Of a stretch of 60,637 bases of DNA, positions 12,267 through 24,438 are shown piece by piece. The position numbers were made by a program, and so were the translations under genes. The DNA lies in NCBI GenBank assembly GCA_032718475.1, contig JAUCBJ010001181.1, forward strand, positions 1 through 60,637. The letters run 5' to 3'. Source of the DNA: Nemertoderma westbladi. Lineage: Eukaryota > Animalia > Xenacoelomorpha. The notes beneath the pieces were generated by a model. It made no database searches, was not told the origin of the DNA, and was given only the letters and a program-made list of their open reading frames with translations. Numbering within the stretch: position 1 is the first letter of the stretch; the number at the start of each line of letters is the position of its first letter.

Positions 12267-12592
12267 GAGGCATACCGAAAAGGGGGAGGTCAAATAAGAA
12301 GACAGGGTGGAAAGGGATAGGATTAGTATTATCCATTCTGTTCTATCTATTCTTTCGATTTCTTTTCATTCTACCGCCAGGTGACGACAAGATGAAGGGT
12401 GGCATTTTGCTGCCAGGGGACCATGAGGAAATCAAGAAGGCGGCCGAAAGACCCGATTTTAGGGTGGTGGAGGAGGGAGAATCAATTCCTAGAGAGTTGG
12501 AATTGACGAAGGAGAGTGGGCGAAGGATAAGAGGACCTACAGGGGGGCAGTGGGAGAGTGCCTCCTGGAAGAAGGGGCACCTTAGAGTTTAG
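12215..12592 (+). CDS. Small overlapping ORF (-1 frame) with basic patch and hydrophobic, possibly transmembrane segment; possible continuation of Gag-PR
   Basis: PKRGRSNKKTGWK-GIGLVLSILFYLFFRFLFILPP. Its acidic start matches the composition of the preceding Gag-PR tail. Confidence 0.4.
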   Translation: MDGEMSGEVSGGDAGPLRGIPKRGRSNKKTGWKGIGLVLSILFYLFFRFLFILPPGDDKMKGGILLPGDHEEIKKAAERPDFRVVEEGESIPRELELTKESGRRIRGPTGGQWESASWKKGHLRV

Positions 12593-12884
12593 TCGTCCAA
12601 TGTGTTGGACTGAGGGGGGTGGGAATGAGGGCGAGACGCCCTTCCCACACATAAAATAAAATAAATAATAAAATAATAAAAATAAGAAAATAGAGAATAG
12701 TAGAAAGTTAGATAGTAAGTAGTAGTAGATAGTTAGAGTAGTTGTAGAAGTAGTAGTTAGAAAGTTAGTAGAAGTTAGTAAGAAGTAGTAGTTAGAAAGT
12801 TAGTAGAAGTTAGTAAGAAGTAAGAAAGTTAGTAGAAGTTAGTAAGGTAAGAGGAGAGTTAGAAGTAGGCAGAAGATAGGGAGT

Positions 12885-13355
12885 GTGGTATATTGACATA
12901 CCACGAGTAGTAGCAGGGTACATAGTACCGGAGTAGCAGGGTACATAGTACCGAGAGAGTTTGAGGTTGTGGGCACCGAAAGCGCCACGTAGAAAGTAGA
13001 GTTAGTGTGGTATGTAGACATACCACGAGAAGTAGTAGCAGGGGGGTTGTGGGCACCGAAAGCGCCATGTAGAAAGAGAGTAGAGGGTATGGTATGTAGG
13101 TATACCATAGAAGTAGTAGCAGAGGGGTTGTGGGCACCGAAAGTGCCACGTAGTAAGAGAGTAGAGGGTATGGTATGTAGGTATACCATAGAGGTAGTAG
13201 CAGAGGGGTTGTGGGCACCGAAAGCGCCACGTAGTGAGAGAGTGAAGGGTGTGGTATGTAGGTATTAGGTAGTAGCATTATGTAGGTAGTAGCAGTATTA
13301 GGGTACATAGTACCATAGAAGTTAGAAGTTGTGGGCACCGAGAGCGCCACGTAGT
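12885..13355 (+). repeat. ~81-bp tandem array of two alternating stem-loops in the element's 3' non-coding region
   Basis: GTTGTGGGCACCGAAAGCGCCACGTAG at 12966, 13046, 13127, 13208 and 13328, alternating with (G/A)TGGTAT..ATACCA(C/T) hairpins. Confidence 0.85.
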
Positions 13356-13508
13356 AAGAAAGTAAAGAGTATGTAGGCATAGCATAGTAGTAGTAGTGTA
13401 CTAGTGGTAAGAATTCTTAAGGGTAAGAAGTAAGTAGCAAGGTAGATAGGATGATAGCACAGACAGGGGTAAGACTAAGGAAAATTGGCACTTTGGGAGT
13501 GGTAGAGA

Positions 13509-13690
13509 ACACAGGACATTGTGGAGCAGTGGGGATGGGCCAGCTCATGGGCCTTGTCTGCCACAAGCCGATGGACTGGGGCAAGTTCCGGGGGAGCACG
13601 GAGCGGGCACAGGACATTGTGGAGCAGTGGCGATGGGCCAGCTCATGAGGCTTGTCTGCCACAAGCCGATGGACTGGGGTAAGTTCCGAG
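13509..13690 (+). repeat. Direct duplication of an ~80-nt structured motif
   Basis: ACAGGACATTGTGGAGCAGTGG.GATGGGCCAGCTCATG.G.CTTGTCTGCCACAAGCCGATGGACTGGGG.AAGTTCCG occurs twice (~13510 and ~13609). Confidence 0.85.
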
Positions 13691-14117
13691 AGGAGTATGA
13701 GAGGAGTACAAGGGAAGTATGGAGAGGAGGTGTTGGCGCGTGAGGAAGTGAGAGGAGTGCAATTCAAGTGTGGGGAGCGAGCAGTAAGAGAGAGAGCAAG
13801 GCACGATCGAGAGAGAGAGTAAGGGACGAGGGTCCGAGAGTGAGACTAGAGTGAGATTGAGAGTGAGGTTTTTTTTGAAAATTGTGTGAAGAGAGTCCAC
13901 AATTGTCTCAAACGGAGACGTCAGATACCTTGGTGCAACATAGCTCGCGATTGCACCAAGGAGGGGTAGTAATATCATACCCAGGGGGGGCGGCCTGGAA
14001 AGCCGACCCCGAGAAAAGAACTCCACCCCACACCCGATATTAGATTGGGTTCCAGCGGAATTGAAGCGCACTTGAGGTTGATGCTATCTTCTCACCGGGA
14101 AGATAGCATGGGGGGAG

Positions 14118-14752
14118 TGTAAGCGGATTCAATTCCACTTCATTACCCACCAGAAAATGGGATAGTGGCATTTTAGCAATATGTTGGAGATACGAGATTA
14201 CCAATATTAATCTCGTATCATAACCAACATTGGGGGGGGGCAACACAAGCCCCGAAGCCACATAGAAAGGAAGGTTAGAGGTCAAACCACCTCGGAGGGA
14301 ACACAGCTAGTAGAGGCTAGCAGCAGAGGGGAAACACTCCCAGAGAGTGCCAAGGTGACAAGTAGCATATTAGCCAATAGAGGGGAGGGAAGCACGTGAT
14401 AGGGAGCAGGAAAGCATCCATTGGGTAGGAGGCCAAGGTAGAGTAGGAGGTGAAGCAATATTTAGTGTATCAATCATATATTATGTCAGATTCTTGGATT
14501 GGTACATCAGTTGGTTATTCAGTTTAGTGCAGACCGGTAACAATTATTGACCGTCATTGGCACTATCATACCGGTATCTATTATATCTGTATTTCTGCCG
14601 TATTAATTGTGCTATCATTTTCTAACATCAAGAGACAACACCAAACTCTTATTGTTTTCTCCAACGGCCTCGGCCAAGCTGTTAGCACCATCCCAAAGCA
14701 GAACGGTGACGCGTACTACAATTACCCGGTCGGGATCTCTGATCCCGTCACA
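14118..14752 (+). repeat. 3' LTR (635 bp)
   Basis: Copy of 7047-7693, preceded by the PPT and followed by TSD AACAT. Confidence 0.95.
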
Positions 14753-16598
14753 AACATAACATATAGGATTACCCCTAAAGCTTTGCAGCTTATTTCCAAG
14801 GGGGTCCTACAAATACAATATTACACTACGCTAACCTAACCTAAAACTGTTCGCGCTTTCAGACCTTTGGCAGTTTAACCCGCCAAATTAGGATGTCTTT
14901 TAGATAATAAATCACTTTTAGCCTATGACAAGTATTTGATTCACTACACTAGTCGAAACCAATCTGTGCGCGATCATTCACCCGCTGGATATACCCGGGA
15001 GATTGGGTTCGACGGCTTAATCTTATTGCTATGTAAGCCTAATGTATTATTCGACTGACAGTATTATATAATCTCTGACAATATTATTCACCTTCGGGAA
15101 ATATTAACAGTTCCTTTAGGACGTGGCGCTCTATCTATATAAACAGAGTTATGACTTAAACTACTCACAACGGTATGGCTTAATTATAATTCACATATAT
15201 GGCGCATTCTTTAGGAAATGCTTCGTTATCAGTCTCACTCATACACAATGCTGCACAATACTGCACACTAATCTGCCGATCTTCACTGATTTTAGTCACA
15301 TATAAAAAGAACACAGGCCGACTCATGTAGGGTCTATCAAATAACATTAGATTCACTTCAAACCACTTTAACATAAGTCACAATCGTTATATAACCTTTC
15401 TCTCTTACCTTCGGTATATCAAGAATATTGGGTTTCGGGGTTATTTATCGTTATTCCAAATATAATAATTCATCAACCATATTATGAATAACCAACAGCA
15501 AAGCAGTAATGTTAAGTTAAGTTGCACAGTATGGGCCAGTTAAGCAGTGATAACCAGTGCAGATAACATTGAGTTACCCAGATAACGGATATATGTCCTT
15601 ATAATTAAGCCTACTAGTGTTAGGCTAAAAACAGAAAAGCACAAATATTCCAAAAGCCGGTTCTTAGGCTCTGGGCAAAAACATAACACTGAACTACTGA
15701 GTTTCTGTATACACATCCAACACAGAGACAACAAACGCTCTGATTGGTCAACCGAACAACGAGAGAACAAAGAAACAAAGAAACGTCGACGTGGCAATAT
15801 CAGCTGTTAGCCGTCGTCATGGTAGCGACAATGTTTTCAAGAGTATCTAGCTTATCGCGTCACGAGATTGCGGATTATGTCCTCTAAAGTACAAATACAG
15901 TACAAATACATAAGAAATGACTTTTATGTCCTCTAAAACACCAGTACAGCAAGGACACGGCCCTTTTATGCCTGGCAAACCAACTACAGAGTACTTTAAG
16001 GGAAAATAACCGGTTAATGACGCAAAAGCTTTTACAAAAACCAATATAAAACGTAATTCATTATGTACATGTACAACTTTACCGAGAGCGTGACAATGCC
16101 CGACTCAACGATAAAGATGTAATGTACAGAACAATTTAATATAAAACGTAATTACAGTATAAATAGTAAATAATTAATAAACTAATAACTTACTGTAGGA
16201 CTATTGTACCCATTGTAAAATTGCACACGGAGGTGAGATTTAACTGCAGATTTAAAAGAATGTTGATTATCTAGGTTTTTAATTTCATTAGGCAGAGCGT
16301 TCCAATTTTTAATGCCGTTAAAAAAGAAAGTATCAGATTCAAAGGATTTACAATTCGGGAGGTAGAAGTTTGAAGCACTAGCTCTGGTACTGTAAGAGTA
16401 TGTATCGCGTACTCTGTTGAATTTTTGTTTTAGGTAATTAGGACATTTACCATTATACACTTTATGCACATGGTTAAGGCGTAGCTGCTTAACTCTACTA
16501 TCTAAGTTAAGTAGTCCAGATTCAGAAAAGTCATCTGGAGTTGGTGGTGTCTAGGTTTGTAGTCTTTAATAAATCGTACTACTTTATTCTGAGCTACT

Positions 16599-16691
16599 TG
16601 TGGGGCGAGCCACGAAGTTGGCGGAGCCTTAGCGAATTGACACTGTTAGGGGGTGGGTCAATTTATGCAAATAGTTGTCGTCGTCGTCGTT

Positions 16692-16736
<45 letters not shown>

Positions 16737-18223
16737 GTCGTCGTCGTTACGATTTTGACATGCTAATAACTTTGTCGGATTTAAAGCTGCCAAGTTGAAA
16801 ATTTGTAGGTATCAATATGAGCAAAAGTTGAGATTTTTGAGAGACTTTCAGACACCATCAGTGCAATGGTCTCCCGCTAGAGGGCCACATGTCTAAACAT
16901 TAAATGCCCTCCCATTTCTTTGCTTTTAATCCGTTTAAGCTGAAACTTGGCAGATATGTATTAGACCATTAGCTGTGACTTTCAAAGGAGGCGAATCGAT
17001 CTGCAGTTCTCCAGTCTGCCGCTAGAGGGCCAAATGTCTGAAAGTGAAATCGTTGTCGTCGTTACGATTTTGACATGCTAATAACTTTGTCGGATTTAAA
17101 GCTGCCAAGTTGAAAATTTGTAGGTATCAATATGAGCAAAAGTTGAGATTTTTGAGAGACTTTCAGACACCATCAGTGCAATGGTCTCCCGCTAGAGGGC
17201 CACATGTCTAAACATTAAATGCCCTCCCATTTCTTTGCTTTTAATCCGTTTAAGCTGAAACTTGGCAGATATGTATTAGACCATTAGCTGTTACTTTCAA
17301 AGGAGGCGAATCGATCTGCAGTTCTCCAGTCTGCCGCTAGAGGGCCAAATGTCTGAAAGTGAAATCGTTGTCGTCGTTACGATTTTGACATGCTAATAAC
17401 TTTGTCGGATTTAAAGCTGCCAAGTTGAAAATTTGTAGGTATCAATATGAGCAAAAGTTGAGATTTTTGAGAGACTTTCAGACACCATCAGTGCAATGGT
17501 CTCCCGCTAGAGAGCCACATGTCTAAACATTAAATGCCCTCCCATTTCTTTGCTTTTAATCCGTTTAAGCTGAAACTTGGCAGATATGTATTAGACCATT
17601 AGCTGTGACTTTCAAAGGAGGCGAATCCATCTGCAGTTCTCCAGTCTGCCGCTAGAGGGCCAAATGTCTGAAAGTGAAATCGTTGTCGTCGTTATGATAT
17701 TGACATGCTTATAACTTTGTCGAATTTAAAGCTGCCAAGTTTTAAAATTTGTTTTGTTGAAAATCAGTTCAACAGTCACCCGCTATAGGACTACTTTATG
17801 CCTGAAAGTGAATAGATTCTCCCGTCTCATTGATTTTAATCAGTTTAAGCTGAATCTTGCCATATATTCTGGACCACATGCTGCGTCTTTGTGGGGGGGG
17901 GGGGAGATTTAATCGGTCTGCCGCTATACGACGAAATTTCTGAAAGTGAGATCCGTCTCTCATTTCGTTATCCGTTATTCAAGATGAAACTTGGCCGATG
18001 TACGTATGTACTATTCATCCATAGGCTGTGTCTTTGTGGGGCTGGAGACCCTAATCCATCTTCAGTTCTCACTATACCGCTAGAGTCAGAAATGTCTGAA
18101 TAGAAATTAAAGAGGTAAAAAGTGATTAGGCGAAATCTGCTTAAAATTTGCTAATACAGTAATACTTTCGAATTAGTACTTAAATTAAATTTAAGTCACG
18201 TGCTGCGCGAAGGCCCCACTTCG
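16599..18223 (+). mobile_element. Non-autonomous Helentron-associated (HINE/DINE-1-like) element with (GTC)n microsatellite and central tandem repeats
   Basis: Cleanly inserted in the LINE at a TT site (or with a TGT duplication). Sub-terminal inverted GTGGGGC/GCCCCAC, 5' hairpin, (GTC)n at 16675-16747, internal 315-bp repeats and 3' stem CGAAG..CTTCG. Confidence 0.7.
16746..18105. repeat. 315-bp tandem repeat (dimer of ~157-bp subunits), 3 near-identical copies plus degenerate copies
   Basis: GTTACGATTTTGACATGC at 16746, 17061 and 17376, with a variant at 17691. Each unit has two CCGCTAGAGGGCCA.ATGTCT cores. Confidence 0.92.
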
Positions 18224-20813
18224 TGTAATTTACATAAGCTGTTTGGTTAAGCCTTCATACCAAGAAGAGGATGCATAGTCCATGTGACACTGGATTAAAG
18301 AAGAGCAAAGTAACTTGCGGGAGTCGGTGTTTAAACTATTTTTATTTCTGTATAGAAACCTAAGCCTACTGTTAACTTTCGAGAATATGTTTTTCACTGT
18401 GCTTTCTCCTGATAAGCAGTTATCCAATGTGGCGCCTAAATATTTAACTTCCTTTTTATTTTCAATCTTATGTCCATTACTAGTGACTTCAAACTTAGTT
18501 ACCTTCTTTAACTTTCCTTTGGAACCAAACAAAATACTTTCAGTCTTACCGTAGTGAATGGATAGCTTATTATCAACCAACCACTCATTACAGGATTCTA
18601 GAACTGCACTTATCTTTTGGGAAATATGGATAGGATCTTTATGAGAGAAAATAAGAGCACTGTCGTCGGCATATAAAATGAGTTTAAAATCGGGATCTAT
18701 ACTACTTATCATATCATTTACATACCATACAAAAAGCAGAGGACCTAATAATACAGTATACTACCTTGCGGTACACCACAGGTAATCTCTTGTACAGTAG
18801 ACTGCGATTTGCTAATGACTACAGTTTGACCTCTGTCTGATAGGTAGGACTTGAACCAGTCTATAGAACCTACACCCATCAGGCCTAACTTACCAAGCAG
18901 AATTTCGTGATCTACTGTATCGAAAGCCTTTTGTAGGTCCAACATTACCATACTGCCATACCAGTATATAAACCCTTTGCGTTATTACATCTAATTGTAT
19001 CAGTTAAGTTAATAAGGCAGGTGTCTGTAACTGTAGAATATGATTTACGAAAACCGGACTGAAGTTCATAGATCAGATTTAGCCTACTAAGATGTGCTTC
19101 CAGCTGTAGAAAAACAGAACGTTCTAGAATTTTAGATACAATACTTAGATACTAACAGGTCTGTAATTCTGTAATTACAGGGTTCTACTTTACTATTCTT
19201 TTTATACAGAGGAACAACCTTAGCTAATTTCAGTTCGTCTGGTACTACATTATCTACGATAGAGTAATTAATAATAAAAGTAATAGGCGCTTTAAGTACT
19301 TCAGCACCATGACCATCCTTAAGAAAACGGGCAGGTACAGTATTAGGTCTAGACCTGTACTTTTTGAGGCTGATAGGCTAAGTAGATTTTTAAAAACGAA
19401 ATCCTCAGAAACGGGTTATAAAAATAACTTCTCTGAATTTTGTAACTTTTCTAAATAAAAATTATTTAGAGTTTCGGACCCTATACTATATTTATTACTT
19501 GATAACGGTAACTTCTTAACTAAATTTGAGGCAACATTAGTAAAATAATTATTAAATAAATTACTAACTAGAGTATGATCTTGAATCAGCTCACCGTTAT
19601 CTTGCAGAACAATATTCGATTTAGATTTAAGGTTTTTATAACCTAAAGATTTTAGGGTAGACCATAGACTTTTAGGATTATCTTTATTCTCACTTATTTT
19701 GTTGTACAAATATTCAGATTTAGCTTTTTTTATTTCCCGTTGGACAAGGTTTCTATATTTGCAGTAATTATTCAAATTAAAACTCGGTATTTCCTAAACT
19801 TATACAAATAGTTATCTCTTTCTCTGATATTACTAAGAATACCCGAGGTCATCCAGGGCTCAGTGCGTTGTTTAAGACTAATTTATTTAATTGGTGCTAC
19901 AGTATTAAGTGCCTTTAGAAATATATCTTTAAAAACAGTGTACGCAAAGTTAATGTCAGCGGCCTTAAAACAGGGTTCCCAGTCAGAATTTATTAACAAA
20001 CTTAAAAAGCGCTCCTTGCTGTAATTTTTCATAGACCTAACTGTTACTGCTGTACTGTTTTATGATCCCCGAAAAAAGATTTTTGTGTCTTTCATGTGCA
20101 AAAAACTATAAAATGATCGCTTAGACCTATAGGTAAAACCCCAGATTGAATCTGGGGTTTTACTAATCCATGTTTTAAATGTTTACAATGGCACATCACT
20201 TTAGGTGTAAGGCAACCATCGAGCAGAGGAAAATTTGTTACAAGGCAGCAAGGGGCATTGTAAATAGATATATCGATCGTCAATAAAGGCAAATGTAATA
20301 AAATCTATATAGAATATTAAAAAAAAGAGTTTCCACTCTAGGCCCTATATAAATATAACATTGCTGCATGTACCGTACCGTACTATTGTACCGGTGTGTG
20401 ATGTTGAAAAAAATAGGATGCTTTCGTTTCATGCTTATCTGTGAAAGTTCCAGATGAATAGTACCGGTAACAAAACAACAGCGAATAAAATTTGGTTTTA
20501 AAATAAGATATGATTTAAAATATGAACCAGTACAGCAGTATGCATTTTTATGTACGCGGGTTAAAATTGAATATTTTTTTTATACCTGTTGTAAAAAACC
20601 GGTAGGCAGGTTGGCCTACCTACACCTGTACACCTACAGATCTAACAACATTAATGAACAACCTCCTACAGCTGTACAGTCCTAACCTACGGGTGTAGGC
20701 CTATTGCATATTGTAACGGTGGCACATAATTGAATACCGGTAAGAAATACCTGTTTTGTATGGTGACAACGCGATTAGTTTACCGGTACCGGTAGTCCTG
20801 TTCCTGCTATACT

Positions 20814-22475
20814 ATGGGTTGTAAATGCGTAAAACCTGCAAATAAAGAACTCGGTTCCGCGTATAGAACCTCAGACGGTTCCTATCGCAATGGCGGTCCT
20901 GGTACCGCCCAATATAACTACCAGGACTCTTTCGTTAACCAATATGATACTCGTCCGCTAGAGAGCGCTGGAGATTGCCCGCCGCATCAGCAGACAAGGG
21001 CCAGTATAACCCCATCCGCGTCGTCAATGCCTTCCTTCGATAAAACTCCCCTTAAAATTCCTGACTACAACTGTAGTCAAGGCAACGAGTCTTCCATAAT
21101 GGTGACCGCGGTATTCGACTACCAGAGCTGCTCTAAGGACGACCTTCAGTTCTCTAAGGGCGAACGGATGCTGGTAATGAATAACTCAGACGGGGATTGG
21201 TGGTTGGCGAGATCATTGACCTCAGGACAGGTCGGTTACATCCCCAGTAACTACGTAACGGGGTCAATAACCTCGGACTGGTACAGGGGGCGAATCTCCC
21301 GGAAGGAGAGCGAGAAACTGTTGTTGACCGCGGGTAATCCTCCCGGCACCTTCCTTATCCGCGATTCCGAGACCGCACCGGGCTCCTATTCGCTGTCGCT
21401 ACGGGACTGGGAGGAGTCGAAAGGCGACCACGTTAAACATTATAAAATCCGATCCCTAGACTCAGGCGGGCACTACATCTCGAACCGGATCCAGTTCCCC
21501 GATTTGGACTCCTTGGTGCACCACTACTCCCACCTCGCCGACGGACTGTCCCACATACTCGCCGCGGCGTGTCCCGTTTCCGCGCCCAACATATCGGACC
21601 TGTCGCGGGACACACGGGACAAGTGGGAGATCGAGCGGGAGACGCTGACCTTCGACTACCAGGTGGGGGCGGGACAGTTCGGGGAGGTCTGGGCCGGCCG
21701 CTGGAAGTCAGTGATAAAGGTCGCCGTCAAGGTCCTCAAACCGGGTACCATGACTGCCGATAACTTCCTGCAGGAGGCGACGATAATGAAGAAACTCCGT
21801 CATCCCAACATCGTTCAACTGTACGCCGTGTGCACGAGCTGCGAACCCATATATATAGTAACGGAGTTCCTAAGTAACGGTTCTCTACTGCAGTTTGTCC
21901 GGAGTACTCCGGTCACTTTCATGCAGATGATAATTATGGTGTCGGAGGTGGCCGGCGGTATGGCTTACCTCGAGCGGACCAACTACGTGCATAGGGACCT
22001 CGCCGCTCGCAATGTCCTCGTCTCCGAGAACTTTAACTGCAAGGTCGGGGACTTTGGACTCGCCCGGGTCATAGAGGAGGCCGAATACACCGCCAGACAG
22101 GGCGCCAAGTTCCCTATAAAGTGGACGGCCCCCGAGGCCGCGTTACTAGGGAGGTTCTCCGTGAAGTCGGACGTCTGGAGTTTCGGGGTCCTCCTCACCG
22201 AGGTAGTGAGTCGCGGTAAAGTCCCCTACGCGGGGATGATGAACCGAGAGGTTCTGGAATACGTGGAACAGGGTTACCGCATGCCGAAACCCTCCCCAGA
22301 CTGTCCCGACTCGCTGTACCAACTGATGCTAAAGTGTTGGCATGGAGACCCTATAAGACGACCCACGTTTGAATACCTCCAAACTTATTTGGACGATTAT
22401 TTTGTATCTACAGAACCGAGTTACAAAGAACCAGAGAAAATTTTACCGTTTTCGCGGCCTTCTGTTGGATATTGA
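20814..22475 (+). CDS. Src-family non-receptor tyrosine kinase (Src/Fyn/Yes-like), intronless
   Basis: MGC acylation start, SH3 (AVFDY...DWW...GYIPSNYV), SH2 (FLIRDSE), kinase [31 protein letters not shown], and C-terminal regulatory EPSY. Confidence 0.96.
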   Translation: MGCKCVKPANKELGSAYRTSDGSYRNGGPGTAQYNYQDSFVNQYDTRPLESAGDCPPHQQTRASITPSASSMPSFDKTPLKIPDYNCSQGNESSIMVTAVFDYQSCSKDDLQFSKGERMLVMNNSDGDWWLARSLTSGQVGYIPSNYVTGSITSDWYRGRISRKESEKLLLTAGNPPGTFLIRDSETAPGSYSLSLRDWEESKGDHVKHYKIRSLDSGGHYISNRIQFPDLDSLVHHYSHLADGLSHILAAACPVSAPNISDLSRDTRDKWEIERETLTFDYQVGAGQFGEVWAGRWKSVIKVAVKVLKPGTMTADNFLQEATIMKKLRHPNIVQLYAVCTSCEPIYIVTEFLSNGSLLQFVRSTPVTFMQMIIMVSEVAGGMAYLERTNYVHRDLAARNVLVSENFNCKVGDFGLARVIEEAEYTARQGAKFPIKWTAPEAALLGRFSVKSDVWSFGVLLTEVVSRGKVPYAGMMNREVLEYVEQGYRMPKPSPDCPDSLYQLMLKCWHGDPIRRPTFEYLQTYLDDYFVSTEPSYKEPEKILPFSRPSVGY

Positions 22476-22792
22476 TACATAAAGTACTTTATTTCTACGT
22501 CTTAGCTGTACTGCCTTTTAATATTACACCGTTCTGTCGGGAGTTTTATTGATATTTTTCTATGATTATCATTCATAAACTATGTGGAGGGACGATATCT
22601 AGTCAAATTGATCGCCTTTGAATGATGGATTTTATCGACGCTATCTTAACTGTTTTTTTTTAACTTCCATGTATGTTGGAATCATGCACGGCTCTTATGT
22701 ACAGTATGTATGTATTCGTAATGTCTGTCTGTATGTATGTATGTTCGTATTATATTACTTTACTTAGAGTAACAGTGGAGGGAATTTATTAA

Positions 22793-23706
22793 CCCTTAAA
22801 CTGGTGACGATTTTTCTAAAACGCCATCTCTACTTGGTGAAAACTCAAATATGAGTTTTGCGATTGTTAGTTCTACTTGGTGGGAATTATTGATGATAAC
22901 TATTCTGACTTGGTGAAAACTCAAATATGAGTTACAGTTAAACCGTTCTGACTTGGTTCCAACTCACATATGAGTTTCGGCTATACTATTGTTTATCAGC
23001 TGTCAGGAAGGAAGCATTGACTTATATGTCGACGACAATAGGCCCATTGTATTGGGCAGTTGATGAGCTTTATAACAGTAGTTGTATCGGCTTCACACGA
23101 TCAGTATAGGCTAAACAACACGGTAGTAAAGTGTGGGAAAATTGTAAAATTTCAACTAAAGGCCGTTTCATTATTATAAGTCACAGAGACTAACTATAAG
23201 CACCAGGTTGAAGGTCATTTTATCCTCTTTCAGATAATATATATACCCGCCTCTGAAGTTGAAAATTACGCAGTCTATCGCTAATTTATCAATTCGCAGC
23301 ATTTTTTAAAATAATTAGTCTTATTATTTCAACACTTTGAAGAAGAAGAACACTCACAAGATTGTTTTTCATTCTTTTTATGACTTCCAAACTAACATTA
23401 TTCCGCATTCAATTCTTAAATTTACATAAATTATTTTTGAGCTTGAAAATATAAATAAAAGAAAAACTCTCACCAAGGAGGAATAGCAACAAAATATAAT
23501 CTCTACCAAGTCCAGACGATGGCTCATAAACTCATGAGTTTTCACCAAGTCAACTAATTCTTCTTAAAAAAAAGATCAACCAAGAGGGAATAGACTTGCG
23601 AGAACTCAAATATGAGTTCTCACCAAGTCAGATACTACCATTAGAGAAATACCCACCAAGTGGAATTGGCCCTCCCAAAACTCATGAGTTTTCACCAGTT
23701 TAAGGG
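22793..23706. mobile_element. piggyBac-type MITE
   Basis: TTAA on both sides, perfect 15-bp TIR CCCTTAAACTGGTGA/TCACCAGTTTAAGGG, and multiple sub-terminal ACTTGGT and AACTCAAATATGAGTT repeats in inverted arrangement. Confidence 0.92.
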
Positions 23707-24438
23707 TTAAATTATCCAATTTTAATATCACACAATAATGCGCTGCTTGTGGCAATTAGTAAATGAACGTTTTATATTTATACTACTAAGTCCAATATAT
23801 ATTTTTAATTTATTATGATTTTTATTGCGTATTACGTTCTACTAAAGTATTTCCCTGTGGATCTACCAACGCGGTGTTCGATTTCTTCGAAATGAAAATG
23901 AAACATTGGGGATATATTCCCCAACTCATCAAACTCTTATTGATTTTTAGACAGGCAAATAATATATTTTATATAAAAACAGCAAAGCAAATAAACCCAA
24001 TAGGTAGTAGTTATGGGGTAATAAGAAGAAAAGGTCCAACCCATGTGGTCCATCTGTTTTTGGTTTGTGTCATGATTACAAGAACATACCTCCTTGGATA
24101 TATTTTAGACCGTTTTTTATAATATTTCACAATCCTCTTTCACCATTTAAACATTAATTAATTAACTTAACTTGACAAAACATCACATGAGTGAGCGTTC
24201 TCTCAAACAAAAAAGACTGGGGTTTCAGATATCTACTACTACGTACAACATAAGGCACAGGTTGTAGTACATAGATTATACCTGCCAAAGTATCACATCC
24301 AATCGATTTCAAATAATATAATTGAAGAAGGTTTAAACTGACAGACATGTTGCCCTTTGTGGAAAACCGTAGAATAGAACTGCAGAGTGGTTAGCATCCT
24401 CGTAAACACAACCTATAGTTTATTGAGTAGGTACTTTT

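Larger units (their letters stand above)
7047..14752 (+). mobile_element. Non-autonomous BEL/Pao-type LTR retrotransposon (gag-protease only), young insertion
   Basis: Two nearly identical LTRs with TGT...ACA ends, a 5-bp TSD AACAT (7042-7046 / 14753-14757), a polypurine tract GGGGGGAG just before the 3' LTR, and BEL-type Gag and protease motifs inside. Confidence 0.93.
16100..20165 (-). mobile_element. Degenerate 5'-truncated L2/CR1-group LINE (ORF2 pseudogene), interrupted at 16599-18223
   Basis: APE end motif GLSDHFIV, RT motifs [24 protein letters not shown] and LYADDS, and C-terminal WNALP. The frame joins across the insert (KLQ|VAQNKVVRFI). Multiple frameshifts; 3' boundary approximate. 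Confidence 0.9.

Noticed and set aside
12966-13355. CRISPR-like repeat-spacer array or hammerhead ribozymes
   Set aside because: The intervening segments are homologous to each other rather than unique spacers, and there are no cas genes. GAAA is present but there is no CUGANGA core.
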